Positions 11,429-20,487 are shown, numbered from the stretch's first letter. The stretch: 64,000 nt of DNA from an uncultured Lachnospiraceae bacterium (GCA_964600435.1 CAZRJB010000001.1:80836-144835); one strand, 5' to 3'. Translations and numbers: made by a program. The notes: generated by a model not told the origin, from the letters alone.

Positions 11429-12571
11429 ATGGCTAACAAAGACTATTATTCAATTTTAGGTGTCGATAAAAATGCTTCAGAAGATGATATAAAATCAGCA
11501 TATAGAAAACTTGCAAAAAAATATCACCCAGACTTAAACAAAGATAATCCAAGTGCGGCAGAAAAATTTAAAGAAATAAACGAAGCCTATGAAGTTTTAG
11601 GAGACAAACAAAAACGTAGTAACTATGACCAATTTGGCTCAGCAGACGGAGCAAATTTCTCTGACTTTTTTGGTGGTGGCAGTGGTTTTTCTGGCGGTTT
11701 TTCTGGCGGATTTGGCACAGACTTTGGTGACATTTTTGGTGATATATTTTCAGCATTTGGTGGTGGTTCTTCAAGAGCGCAGCAACAATCCGCTCGAGGG
11801 GAAGATATTAATGTTTCTTTAAACATTTCTTTAAAAGAATCAGCATTTGGTGTTAACAAAGATATTCGCATAAGCAAATTAGAATCTTGCCCACATTGCA
11901 AAGGTACTGGTGCAAAAGGTGGCACAGCATTTGAAACGTGCCCAGACTGTAAAGGTGCTGGCAGAGTTCGTTTTCAACAAAACACAATTTTTGGAACAAC
12001 AATCCGCGAGGGTATGTGTAACACCTGCAATGGCACAGGCAAAAGAATAAAAGAAAAATGTTCTGATTGTTTTGGAAAAGGTTATACAAAAGTTACAAAA
12101 ACAGTCACAGTAAAAGTTCCTGCAGGCATAAATCAAGACCAAATTTTAAGAATGCGTGGTGAAGGCAATGCTCCAACAAGGCCGGGGGTTTGTGGTGATT
12201 TAAACATAAAAATTAATGTAGAAAAAGATAAAATGCTTGTTAGAGAAGAAAATGACATTCTTTTAACAGTGTTTGTCCCTTTCACAACAATGCTGTTGGG
12301 TGGAACAATAACAATTCCAACTTTGGAAGGGAAATATGATTTAAAAATTAAAGAACTTACACAATCTGGAACGGTTATGAGACTAAAAGGAAAAGGAACA
12401 AAAGTGTTGCAGCGTGAGTCAAGAGGTGACATGTTGGTTACCTTAAAATCTGAAGTTCCAAACAAATTAGATAAAAAAGCAAAACAAAAACTAGAAGAGA
12501 TTGCTGGAATATATAAAGATAATGCATATGCAAAATACTCATCTTTTGTAGATAACACAAAAAAGTATTAA
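11429..12571 (+). CDS. dnaJ: Co-chaperone DnaJ
   Basis: J domain (YHPD), G/F-rich linker and four CxxCxGxG zinc-finger repeats. Confidence 0.97.
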   Translation: MANKDYYSILGVDKNASEDDIKSAYRKLAKKYHPDLNKDNPSAAEKFKEINEAYEVLGDKQKRSNYDQFGSADGANFSDFFGGGSGFSGGFSGGFGTDFGDIFGDIFSAFGGGSSRAQQQSARGEDINVSLNISLKESAFGVNKDIRISKLESCPHCKGTGAKGGTAFETCPDCKGAGRVRFQQNTIFGTTIREGMCNTCNGTGKRIKEKCSDCFGKGYTKVTKTVTVKVPAGINQDQILRMRGEGNAPTRPGVCGDLNIKINVEKDKMLVREENDILLTVFVPFTTMLLGGTITIPTLEGKYDLKIKELTQSGTVMRLKGKGTKVLQRESRGDMLVTLKSEVPNKLDKKAKQKLEEIAGIYKDNAYAKYSSFVDNTKKY

Positions 12572-12611
12572 AATAACTTGTGCTAAAAACAAAACTTGCA
12601 TTAAAACACTA

Positions 12612-12650
12612 AAAAACCTATCACATCAATTTTATGTGATAGGTTTTTTT
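12612..12650. terminator. Bidirectional Rho-independent terminator between convergent dnaJ and the XRE gene
   Basis: AACCTATCACAT / ATGTGATAGGTT 12-bp stem flanked by an A-run on the left and a T-run on the right. Confidence 0.8.
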
Positions 12651-12675
12651 GGAATTTGCTTAAACACAAACAAAG

Positions 12676-13278
12676 TTATTCATCAATGTTTTTAGGGTGC
12701 CTGTGAATGTTAGACCAAAGAATAATGCCAATTTGCATTGGTATGCCAACAATAAAAATTAGCCACATATTATATTGAATAAACTGGAGAAAAATACACA
12801 AAAGAGTAGACCAAAGCAAAATTGATATTAGAATAAAATTAAAAAACTTTTTTCCCCAAATAGAGTTAAAAACAATGCCAACAATGCAAGAAGCAGGAAT
12901 TGCCCAAACAAACGTTTGCCACAAATTGTTGTTAAAAGTAATTTTTGAATAAACATATGTTACTGTGGAAATTAACCAAATCATTAAAACAGCAAGAAGT
13001 GAAATTGCAAGTTTGTTTGTCATTCTAAATTTATATTCTTTTTTAACCATTTCAATTTGAATGTTCTCTTCAAAAATTTTTGCAAGAGGAATTTCAAAAA
13101 TTCTGCAAATGTTGTCAAGAGTTTGCACATCTGGAATAACTTCACCAGACTCCCATCTAGACACAGCTTTGTTAGAATAATTAAGTTTTTCGGCCAAGTC
13201 GTTTTGAGTAAGCTTGTTAACCTTTCTTAACTCTTTTATGTTGTTTCCAATAACCAAATTTAAATTTTCCATGTGCAT
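12676..13278 (-). CDS. Membrane-tethered XRE-family HTH regulator (N-terminal HTH plus about 4 TM segments)
   Basis: The HTH_3 signature is IKELRKVNKLTQNDLAEKLNYSNKAVSRWESGEVIPDVQTL. The C-terminal half is hydrophobic. The start may be the ATG at 13272. Confidence 0.8.
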   Translation of the reverse strand: MHMENLNLVIGNNIKELRKVNKLTQNDLAEKLNYSNKAVSRWESGEVIPDVQTLDNICRIFEIPLAKIFEENIQIEMVKKEYKFRMTNKLAISLLAVLMIWLISTVTYVYSKITFNNNLWQTFVWAIPASCIVGIVFNSIWGKKFFNFILISILLWSTLLCIFLQFIQYNMWLIFIVGIPMQIGIILWSNIHRHPKNIDE

Positions 13279-13419
13279 ATTATATCAAATTTCTCAGTCG
13301 GTGTCTAGCATTTTTATCAATTCTCGCAAAAAGAGAACTGAATATTTTTGCAGACATTTTAAAATGTCCGGTTCTATTTTGGCGACTTTTAAAAAGAGAA
13401 TAAAAAAAGAATTATTCCC

Positions 13420-13448
13420 TTGAAAAATTAATATCTTATATCTATAAT
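13420..13448 (+). promoter_or_regulatory. SigA-type promoter of the GT8 operon
   Basis: TTGAAA (13420-13425), 17-bp spacer, TATAAT (13443-13448). Confidence 0.65.
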
Positions 13449-13454
13449 TGCAAG

Positions 13455-13475
13455 TGAATTCCGGATAAGAATTCA
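13455..13475. promoter_or_regulatory. Inverted repeat at the predicted +1 of the GT8 operon (candidate operator)
   Basis: TGAATTC-N7-GAATTCA lies directly after the -10 box. The divergently encoded XRE regulator is a plausible binder (inference). Confidence 0.3.
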
Positions 13476-13502
13476 AAAAAAATAATTTTAGAGGTATAAA
13501 TA

Positions 13503-14543
13503 ATGAACAATAAAAATATTCCAATTTTCTTTTCGGTTGATGATAACTATATTCCATTCTTAATTGTAACAATAGAATCAATTGTTGCAAATGCTTCAAG
13601 CACAAACAACTATCAATTTTTTGTGTTAAACAATGGCATAAACCAAAACAATATAGATAGAGTTATGAAGTACAACAAAAACAATTTTCATGTTGAGTTT
13701 ATAAACATGGCTGACAAGCTAGAAAAAATTGGCGACGCTTTGCACACACGTGATTATTATTCTAAAACAACATACTATAGATTGTTTATTCCAACAATGT
13801 TTAAAAATTTAGACAAAGCACTATATTTAGACTGCGATATTGTTGTAAACGGTGATATTGCTGACCTATATAACCACGACATTGGCACAAATTTGGTGGG
13901 TGCAGTTGTGGATGAGGCAGTTAGCAATGTTCCAGAATTTATTAATTACACAAACAACTTTTTAGGAGTTAAAAACACCAATTATTTTAATGCTGGTGTT
14001 TTGCTAATGAATTTAAAAGAACTTAGAGCAATTGATTTTGAGAGCAAATTTATCAACTTGATTTTGTCTTACACTTTTAATGTTGCACAAGACCAAGATT
14101 ATCTTAACGTAATATGTGCAAATCGTGTAACATACATTTCTAAGGTTTGGAACAAAATGCCTTTTCTAGATAAACATATTAAACAAGAAGACATAAATTT
14201 AATTCACTACAATTTAACTTCAAAACCTTGGCACTACAATGATGTTTTGTATAAAGAATATTTTTGGAAATATTCAAAAATGGCTGGAGTTTTTGACACT
14301 ATGCAAAAAATATTAAATGAATATTCAGAAGAACAAAAGAAGAATGATGCAATTGGTGGCGCTAGATTAATAAAAATGGCAGACGAGCAAAGCAAACAAA
14401 AAGATACTTTTGTTAAATTGGTTAAAAACGGAGAAATTGATGCAATCACTTTTGTTAGAAAAGAATCTCCTGCACCAGACCAAATATTAAAAAATATTGC
14501 AAAAAATGTAAAAAAGAATTTTTCAAAAACAACAAACAATTAA
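13503..14543 (+). CDS. Family 8 glycosyltransferase (LgtC/GspA-like)
   Basis: IPIFFSVDDNYIPFL N-terminus, YYRLFIP, and the LYLDCDIVV DxD motif. Confidence 0.85.
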   Translation: MNNKNIPIFFSVDDNYIPFLIVTIESIVANASSTNNYQFFVLNNGINQNNIDRVMKYNKNNFHVEFINMADKLEKIGDALHTRDYYSKTTYYRLFIPTMFKNLDKALYLDCDIVVNGDIADLYNHDIGTNLVGAVVDEAVSNVPEFINYTNNFLGVKNTNYFNAGVLLMNLKELRAIDFESKFINLILSYTFNVAQDQDYLNVICANRVTYISKVWNKMPFLDKHIKQEDINLIHYNLTSKPWHYNDVLYKEYFWKYSKMAGVFDTMQKILNEYSEEQKKNDAIGGARLIKMADEQSKQKDTFVKLVKNGEIDAITFVRKESPAPDQILKNIAKNVKKNFSKTTNN

Positions 14544-14556
14544 AAAGAGAAAAGTT

Positions 14557-15396
14557 ATGTCATTATCAGAAAGCAGAATTAAAACCATTGAAAGAATAAA
14601 ACAATTGGAAAAAAATAAACAATTTGATGTTGATGCTTGGGAAAATCCACCTTGTCAGCCATTAAAACCGGGTGAAGTTGACTATTTTCGCAAAAAGCTT
14701 TCAACAAAAATAAAAAACAAAATTTGCAACAGAATGCTTGATAAATTTGTTAAAAAAATGGAAAAACAGCATCAGGCATTCATAAAAGGCTACACAGGTT
14801 TGGAAAAACTTAAAGGTTTAGAAAGTGGTGCAATAATAACAAGCAACCATTTTCATCCATTTGACAGTTATCCAATTTCTCGAGCAATAAAAAACACATT
14901 TGGCAAAAAGAAAAAAATGAACATAGTTGTTGCAGAGCATAACTATGTTGCAGGCAAAGGGTTCTATGGTTTTGTTTTTAGAAATCAAAACACAATTCCT
15001 TTGTCTTCTAACAAAGAAGTTATGGTTGAGTGTTTTAAAGCAGTAAACCACTTTTTAAAAAAAGGCGATTTTGTGTTGGTGTATCCAGAGCAAGCACTTT
15101 GGCAAAACTATAAAAAACCAAGGCCTTTAAAAGAAGGTGCTTTTAGATTTGCTGTTAAGGCAAATGTTCCTGTTATTGCTTGCTTTATAACAATGGAAAA
15201 CACTGAATTTTTAGATTCAGAAGGTGAGTTTGTTCAAGCTTACACTTTGCATATTTTAGACGTAATCTATCCAAAAAAAGATTTATCTTATAAAGAAAAC
15301 GTTGCATATCTTCAAAAAGAAAATGAAAGGCTTATGAAAGAAAAATACGAAGAAGTATACGGTGAAAAATTAACATATTTAACAGAAGAGGTTTAA
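14557..15396 (+). CDS. PlsC/LPLAT-family acyltransferase
   Basis: The HX4D catalytic motif is present (NHFHPFD), with a downstream PEQ-type block (VYPEQALW). Confidence 0.75.
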   Translation: MSLSESRIKTIERIKQLEKNKQFDVDAWENPPCQPLKPGEVDYFRKKLSTKIKNKICNRMLDKFVKKMEKQHQAFIKGYTGLEKLKGLESGAIITSNHFHPFDSYPISRAIKNTFGKKKKMNIVVAEHNYVAGKGFYGFVFRNQNTIPLSSNKEVMVECFKAVNHFLKKGDFVLVYPEQALWQNYKKPRPLKEGAFRFAVKANVPVIACFITMENTEFLDSEGEFVQAYTLHILDVIYPKKDLSYKENVAYLQKENERLMKEKYEEVYGEKLTYLTEEV

Positions 15397-15397
15397 A

Positions 15398-15988
15398 ATG
15401 ATATTTTTTTTGATTTTAATATTAATAGCATGGGTTGTAATCATTGGGCTTAACCTGCTAATTAACGTTCCAATTTACAATTTTGAAAGTTGGTTTGTTA
15501 TTGTTGCCGTTGTTGTAAGCACAATTGTTATTATTGCAATCGACGGATTAACCGCAACAATTGTAAGATTAATGCCAAAAAAATGGTTTAGTCCGTTTAA
15601 AAAAGGTTATAAAGTTTTTAAATTTGAAAACAAACTATATTTAAAACTAGGTGTTAAAAAGTGGAAAGATTTAGTTCCAGAAATTGGCCATTTTACAAAA
15701 TTTAGAAAAAATAAAATTGAAGACCCAACCAACAATGAATACATTGAAAGATATATGTTAGAGGTATACTATGGCAGGGTTGGGCATTTTGCCTCAATGT
15801 TTACAGGCTTTTTGGTTATATTTTTATATCCGTTAAATTATTGGGCGTGCTTTGGTTTTCCGGTTGCATTGGTGAATGTTTTTATGAATAGCTTGTCGTA
15901 TATTATTTTAAGATATAATTCTCCAAAACTTATGGCAATATATAACCATAATAAAAAAATGGAGCAAAAAAACTTAGCAAATGGTTAA
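15398..15988 (+). CDS. CrtO-like membrane acyltransferase (glycosyl-4,4'-diaponeurosporenoate acyltransferase family)
   Basis: Four hydrophobic segments. FKFENKLYLKLGVKKWKDLVPE and ILRYNSPKL resemble the S. aureus CrtO blocks FNFEKHGKFW..VRKWKHKIL and VQRYNRPRL, as I recall that sequence. Confidence 0.5.
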   Translation: MIFFLILILIAWVVIIGLNLLINVPIYNFESWFVIVAVVVSTIVIIAIDGLTATIVRLMPKKWFSPFKKGYKVFKFENKLYLKLGVKKWKDLVPEIGHFTKFRKNKIEDPTNNEYIERYMLEVYYGRVGHFASMFTGFLVIFLYPLNYWACFGFPVALVNVFMNSLSYIILRYNSPKLMAIYNHNKKMEQKNLANG

Positions 15989-16036
15989 CATAACTCAAAC
16001 AATTGTTTGCTTTTATAAAATATTGAAAATAACAAT

Positions 16037-16447
16037 TTATTTTGTTGGTTTAACACAATCGATGTTTTTAGAAGAAAATGCAAATGGCAAAAGTTCATTT
16101 ATATTGTGAACAACAAAAGTTTTTGTATCTTTTGCACAAATTATTTCAATGTTTGGTGCAAGTTCTGAAATAACTTGTCTGCACACTCCACAAGGATAAG
16201 CAATCTCACTGCCAGAACCAACAATGGCCATTTTTTCAAACTCTCTTTCTCCATTGGATATTGCAGAAAACAAGGCACTTCTTTCTGCACAATTTGATGG
16301 GCCATAGGCACAATTTTCTATGTTTGAACCAAGAAAAACTTTTCCACTTTTTGTTAAAAGAGCACAACCAACCTTGTAGTTAGAATATGGTGAATAAGAG
16401 TTGTTGCGTGCAATAAGTGCTTGTTCAATTAATTCTTCTGTTAACAT
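16037..16447 (-). CDS. cdd: Cytidine deaminase (tetrameric type, 136 aa)
   Basis: The CAERSA and PCGVCRQ zinc motifs are present. GGAGGA sits just upstream of the ATG at 16447, so the ORF-track N-terminal extension to 16528 is rejected. Confidence 0.9.
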   Translation of the reverse strand: MLTEELIEQALIARNNSYSPYSNYKVGCALLTKSGKVFLGSNIENCAYGPSNCAERSALFSAISNGEREFEKMAIVGSGSEIAYPCGVCRQVISELAPNIEIICAKDTKTFVVHNINELLPFAFSSKNIDCVKPTK

Positions 16448-16587
16448 AATTCCTCCGAATAATAAAAAAATATATATTTGCATTATGCAAGTTAAAAACA
16501 TTTTATCATTAAGAAAAATCAAAGTCAAATGGTGTTAACATTTAAAATTGAAAAAGCATAGAATATATCAAGAGAAAAGGTGGAGAT

Positions 16588-16668
16588 ATGAAAATAATTT
16601 GTTTTAAAATGCCAAAATTTTTATCAGCAATAATAAAAGTGATATGCGGTAAAAAAATTTGTAAATAA
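16588..16668 (+). CDS. Unannotated 26-codon micro-ORF: MKIICFKMPKFLSAIIKVICGKKICK
   Basis: Strong SD AAGGTGGAG ends 4 nt before the ATG at 16588. A possible promoter is TTAACA-18-TAGAAT (16535-16564). The peptide is cationic and amphipathic with 3 Cys. Confidence 0.4.
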   Translation: MKIICFKMPKFLSAIIKVICGKKICK

Positions 16669-16681
16669 AATTCAAAAACTA

Positions 16682-16711
16682 TTGACTTATTTTGATGTTT
16701 TCTATTATAAT
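16682..16711 (+). promoter_or_regulatory. SigA-type promoter of rpsU
   Basis: TTGACT (16682-16687), 18-bp spacer, TATAAT (16706-16711). Confidence 0.6.
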
Positions 16712-16750
16712 AATTTCACGTAGTTCATACATTAGAAGGTGGTGAAATAA

Positions 16751-16933
16751 ATGACAGTTGTAAAAGTTGGCGAAAACGAAAACATCGAAAGTGCAATCAA
16801 ACGTTTTAAAAGAAAATGTCAAAAAGATGGCATAATTGGTGACATTCGCAAAAAAGAGGCTTATAAAAAGCCAAGCGTTAAGAAAAAAGAAAAACGTGAA
16901 GCAGCAAGAAAAAGAGCAAGAAAAAGAGCATAA
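16751..16933 (+). CDS. rpsU: 30S ribosomal protein S21
   Basis: 60 aa; [19 protein letters not shown] ... basic tail, typical bS21. Confidence 0.95.
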   Translation: MTVVKVGENENIESAIKRFKRKCQKDGIIGDIRKKEAYKKPSVKKKEKREAARKRARKRA

Positions 16934-16962
16934 TTAGGCTTAAAATTGCAAAAAATAGAATA

Positions 16963-16997
16963 AGGCATGTTGGTATAAGCAAACATGTCTTTTTTTT
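16963..16997 (+). terminator. Rho-independent terminator after rpsU
   Basis: AGGCATGTT / AACATGTCT stem (one G-U pair) followed by T8. Confidence 0.75.
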
Positions 16998-17126
16998 AAG
17001 TCTATTCAAATAATTATGCTCAAAAAAAAGAATTGTTTCATGATGTTAAAAAAGTTGTCAATTGACTTGTTTTATCTTAAAAATAAAAATATTTTTTAAA
17101 TCTATCAAATTTTGTTTAAAAACTAG

Positions 17127-17155
17127 TTGACAACAAAAAAAATCTTTGATACAAT
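17127..17155 (+). promoter_or_regulatory. Extended -10 SigA promoter of the tRNA pair
   Basis: TTGACA (17127-17132), 17-bp spacer, TGaTACAAT (17147-17155). Confidence 0.7.
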
Positions 17156-17171
17156 AACAAGGTTTAAATAT

Positions 17172-17245
17172 GCGGGTGTAGCTCAATGGTAGAGTTCCAG
17201 CCTTCCAAGCTGGCTGCGTGGGTCCGATTCCCATCACCCGCTCCA
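17172..17245 (+). tRNA. tRNA-Gly (anticodon UCC), CCA encoded
   Basis: Hand-folded cloverleaf. The acceptor is GCGGGTG/CACCCGC, the anticodon arm is CCAGC-CTTCCAA-GCTGG, and the T arm is GTGGG-TCCGATT-CCCAT. The T-loop reads TCC rather than TTC (C at position 55). Confidence 0.85.
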
Positions 17246-17273
17246 ATTTTAATTATTATTTTTTTTTGACTAT

Positions 17274-17350
17274 GCGTGTGTAGCTCAGTTGGATAGAGCA
17301 GCGCCCTTCTAAGGCGAAGGTCGGGGGTTCGAATCCCTCCACGCGCACCA
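17274..17350 (+). tRNA. tRNA-Arg (anticodon UCU), CCA encoded
   Basis: The acceptor is GCGTGTG/CACGCGC (one G-U pair), the anticodon loop is CTTCTAA, and the T arm is GGGGG-TTCGAAT-CCCTC. Confidence 0.85.
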
Positions 17351-17444
17351 AACCAAATCCGAACCAAATGGCTTGGATTTTTTATTAGTTTCATTGACAT
17401 AGTTAAGTTTGATAAATTGTAAAAATTGAAAATAAGGAGTGAAT

Positions 17445-18449
17445 ATGAAAGTTTTGGTTACTGGTGGGGCTGGTTTTATTGGTGGAAATTTTATTCATTA
17501 TATGCTAAAAAAATATCCAAATTATGAAATTTTATGTGTTGATTGTTTAACCTATGCCGGCAATATGGAAACATTAAATGATGTTTTTAGCAATAATAAT
17601 TTTCGGTTTTACAAAGCAGACATAACAAATAGAAGTGCAATATTCAACATTTTTGAAAAAGAGAATCCAGATGTTGTGGTAAATTTTGCAGCAGAAAGCC
17701 ACGTTGACCATTCTATTGAAACCCCAGATGTGTTTTTAAATACAAACATTTTAGGAACAAATGTATTGCTTGAAGCATGCAAAAAGTATAAAACAAAAAG
17801 ATATCACCAAGTATCAACCGACGAGGTTTATGGCGACCTTCCTCTAGACAGTCCAGAACTCTTATTTACGGAAAAAACCCCAATCAATGCATCTAGCCCA
17901 TATTCAGCATCCAAAGCAAGTGCCGACTTGTTGGTTTTTGCATATTATAAAACATATAATCTACCAGTAACAGTTTCTCGTTGCTCAAATAATTATGGAC
18001 CATATCATTTTCCTGAAAAATTGATTCCGCTGGTAATTATCAATGCATTACGTGAAAAACCGATACCAATATATGGAAATGGACTTAATGTAAGAGATTG
18101 GCTATATGTTGAAGATCACTGTAAGGCAATTGACTTAATAATTCACAATGGAAGAATTGGGGAGGTTTATAACATTGGCGGACATAATGAAAAAAACAAC
18201 ATAAATGTTGTAAAAATCATTTTAAAAGAACTAAACAAAAGTGAAAATTTAATCAAATTTGTAGAAGATAGAAAGGGTCACGACAGGCGTTATGCAATAG
18301 ACCCTAGCAAAATAAAAAATGAACTTGGCTGGATTCCTGAAACAAAATTTGATGATGGAATTAAAAAAACAATTAAGTGGTACTTAAACAACAAACAGTG
18401 GTGGCAAAAAATAATAAATAATAAAAAAATAACAAATCAAGAATTTTAA
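17445..18449 (+). CDS. rfbB: dTDP-glucose 4,6-dehydratase
   Basis: VTGGAGFIGGNF Rossmann motif, YSASKA catalytic motif, and length typical of RmlB. AAGGAG lies 5 nt before the ATG at 17445. Confidence 0.9.
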   Translation: MKVLVTGGAGFIGGNFIHYMLKKYPNYEILCVDCLTYAGNMETLNDVFSNNNFRFYKADITNRSAIFNIFEKENPDVVVNFAAESHVDHSIETPDVFLNTNILGTNVLLEACKKYKTKRYHQVSTDEVYGDLPLDSPELLFTEKTPINASSPYSASKASADLLVFAYYKTYNLPVTVSRCSNNYGPYHFPEKLIPLVIINALREKPIPIYGNGLNVRDWLYVEDHCKAIDLIIHNGRIGEVYNIGGHNEKNNINVVKIILKELNKSENLIKFVEDRKGHDRRYAIDPSKIKNELGWIPETKFDDGIKKTIKWYLNNKQWWQKIINNKKITNQEF

Positions 18450-18503
18450 AAAAAACAACAATTGCAAACGCCACTCCAAACTGTGTCATACTGGGCGTAA
18501 AGA

Positions 18504-18537
18504 AAAAATCATCGAAAAATTCTCGATGATTTTTTTA
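18504..18537. terminator. Bidirectional terminator between convergent rfbB and the ABC exporter gene
   Basis: ATCATCGA / TCGATGAT stem flanked by A-run and T-run. Confidence 0.75.
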
Positions 18538-18566
18538 TTGTATAACTTTTTTTCAATGATTGCATT

Positions 18567-20393
18567 TTAAATGTTTTCAGATAAAAACATTGCTTTAAAT
18601 GTTTTATTTTTATTAAACAATTCGTTAAAACTTCCGCTATCCACAATTTTTCCATTGTCAAGAAAATAAATTATATCCACATCTTTAATTGTTGAAAGTC
18701 TGTGTGCAACAATAATTATTGTGCTTTTTCCTTTTAATTCATCAATGCTTTTTTTAATATCTTCTTGTGCAAAATTATCTAACGAACTGGTGCTTTCATC
18801 AAAAATAATAATTTTAGAAAGCCTTAACAATGCTCTCGCAATTGCCAATCTTTGTTTTTGTCCGCCAGAAAGTTTAATTCCGCTTTCACCAACATTTGTG
18901 TTAATTCCGTTTGGAAGAGAAGAAATAAATTCTTCAAGAGCTGCTTTCTTGATTGCTTCAGAAATTTCCTCATTTGTTGCATCAGCTTTTGCAAGTAAAA
19001 GGTTTTCTTTTATTGTCATGTCAAAAATGTAAGGAAATTGGTTAACCAGTGAAATGGTGCTTCTTAATGTGTTTTTGTCAAGAGATTTAATATCTATTCC
19101 GTCAATCAAAACTTGCCCGTTGTCAACTTCATACATTTTGCTGATTAGATTTAAAATTGTAGATTTTCCACTTCCGCTTTTTCCAACAAATGCCACAGTT
19201 GTGTTTGGTTTGATTTTAAAAGATAAATTATCAAAAATCTTGTTTTCAGAAACCAAAATTCTTTCTGGCTTATATCCGTTTGCTTTTAGTTTTTGGCGTT
19301 TCTTTTTGTCATACATATCTCCAATTTTTATTTCTGAATATTCATATTCTTTAAAAGTATAACAAACATCTTTGAACTCAATTTCACCAACAACATTGTT
19401 TAAAACAACATTGCCAAATTTTTCGGTAACAAATTCATCTTCATCAAACAAAATTGACTGTCTTGCCAAACAAACTTTTATTGAAACAAAAGTGTTTGCA
19501 ATATTTCCTGCATTAACAACAAGGTCCCAAAGAGAATCTCTATTAGAAAACACAATCAAATATGCAGACAATGTTAAAAACCCTTTGCTCATTAAAAGAA
19601 TACCTAAAGCTAGTGTAAGCAAAACACCAATGGAAACAACAAAATTCCTAATTGACCAAAAAGTCATATTGTTTTTGTCAAGTTTATATCTATGTTTTTG
19701 ATAATCTTGATAAAAATCGTTAGAAACTTCAGATAATTTTTTTTCAAGACCTAAAGATTTAATATCTTTTTCACTTCGAACAATTTCTGTTGTCAATGAG
19801 TGAATTCTGTCATTTTTGCTTTTAACAATTGTTTGATTTTTTCTCTTATAAATAATGCGCTTATATTCTATAAATGCAGCAACCAAAACAATTAAAATCA
19901 AAACAAAAGATATCCAAATGTTTATTGTCATTATGTAAATTAACATGCCTAACGATGTAATGATTTCCATAACTTTGTCAACCAAGTCGGACAATTCTTC
20001 AACAATTCTGGCTGGGTCTTCAACAATTCTCTGAACAAAAGTACCTGTATCGTGATCGCTGTATGTTTTTGAGTTAAGTTTAAAAGCTTGGCTTGCTAAA
20101 TCAAAGTTCATTTCTGACATAATTTTATTGGAATATTTGTAATATATTAGATTAATACAATACCAGCAAATTCTTTGAAAAACTACAACACAAATGTTTG
20201 CAATAGAAAAGGTAATTGCAGCCCTATAGTCTAACAAGGTGATTGTTTCTAGAACTTTTGCTGTAAGAATAACATTAATAATGCCACAAAAGCTAGCAAC
20301 TGCTGATAATAGTATATATATAACAATCCAAAACTTGTAGTGACCAAGATATTTTTTTATGCTAAAATTTATTTTTTTATTTTGTTTTTTCAT
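18567..20393 (-). CDS. ABC exporter, fused TMD-NBD half transporter (MsbA/LmrA type), with a ~30-aa insertion in the NBD
   Basis: Six N-terminal TM segments, Walker A GKSGSGKST, signature LSGGQKQR and Walker B IIIFDE. There is no C39 peptidase domain. The stretch KEYEYSEIKIGDMYDKKKRQKLKANGYKPERILVSENK lies between the first beta strands of the NBD. Confidence 0.9.
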   Translation of the reverse strand: MKKQNKKINFSIKKYLGHYKFWIVIYILLSAVASFCGIINVILTAKVLETITLLDYRAAITFSIANICVVVFQRICWYCINLIYYKYSNKIMSEMNFDLASQAFKLNSKTYSDHDTGTFVQRIVEDPARIVEELSDLVDKVMEIITSLGMLIYIMTINIWISFVLILIVLVAAFIEYKRIIYKRKNQTIVKSKNDRIHSLTTEIVRSEKDIKSLGLEKKLSEVSNDFYQDYQKHRYKLDKNNMTFWSIRNFVVSIGVLLTLALGILLMSKGFLTLSAYLIVFSNRDSLWDLVVNAGNIANTFVSIKVCLARQSILFDEDEFVTEKFGNVVLNNVVGEIEFKDVCYTFKEYEYSEIKIGDMYDKKKRQKLKANGYKPERILVSENKIFDNLSFKIKPNTTVAFVGKSGSGKSTILNLISKMYEVDNGQVLIDGIDIKSLDKNTLRSTISLVNQFPYIFDMTIKENLLLAKADATNEEISEAIKKAALEEFISSLPNGINTNVGESGIKLSGGQKQRLAIARALLRLSKIIIFDESTSSLDNFAQEDIKKSIDELKGKSTIIIVAHRLSTIKDVDIIYFLDNGKIVDSGSFNELFNKNKTFKAMFLSENI

Positions 20394-20406
20394 ATTTTCT
20401 CCCTTT

Positions 20407-20441
20407 AAAAAAAACCTTCAAATCAAATACGAAGGTTTTTT
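20407..20441 (-). terminator. Intrinsic terminator-like hairpin in the ABC exporter leader (candidate attenuator)
   Basis: The minus strand reads AAAAAACCTTC-gtatttgattt-GAAGGTTTTTTTT. It sits only a few nt upstream of the GGGAG RBS and the ATG at 20393. Confidence 0.6.
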
Positions 20442-20487
20442 AAAAATTGATAAGCATGTGTTTTTCAAAATTTAACAAAAACAAACA

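Noticed and set aside
17058-17400. Minus-strand ORFs 17058-17246 and 17164-17400
   Set aside because: They are shadow ORFs over the two plus-strand tRNA genes.
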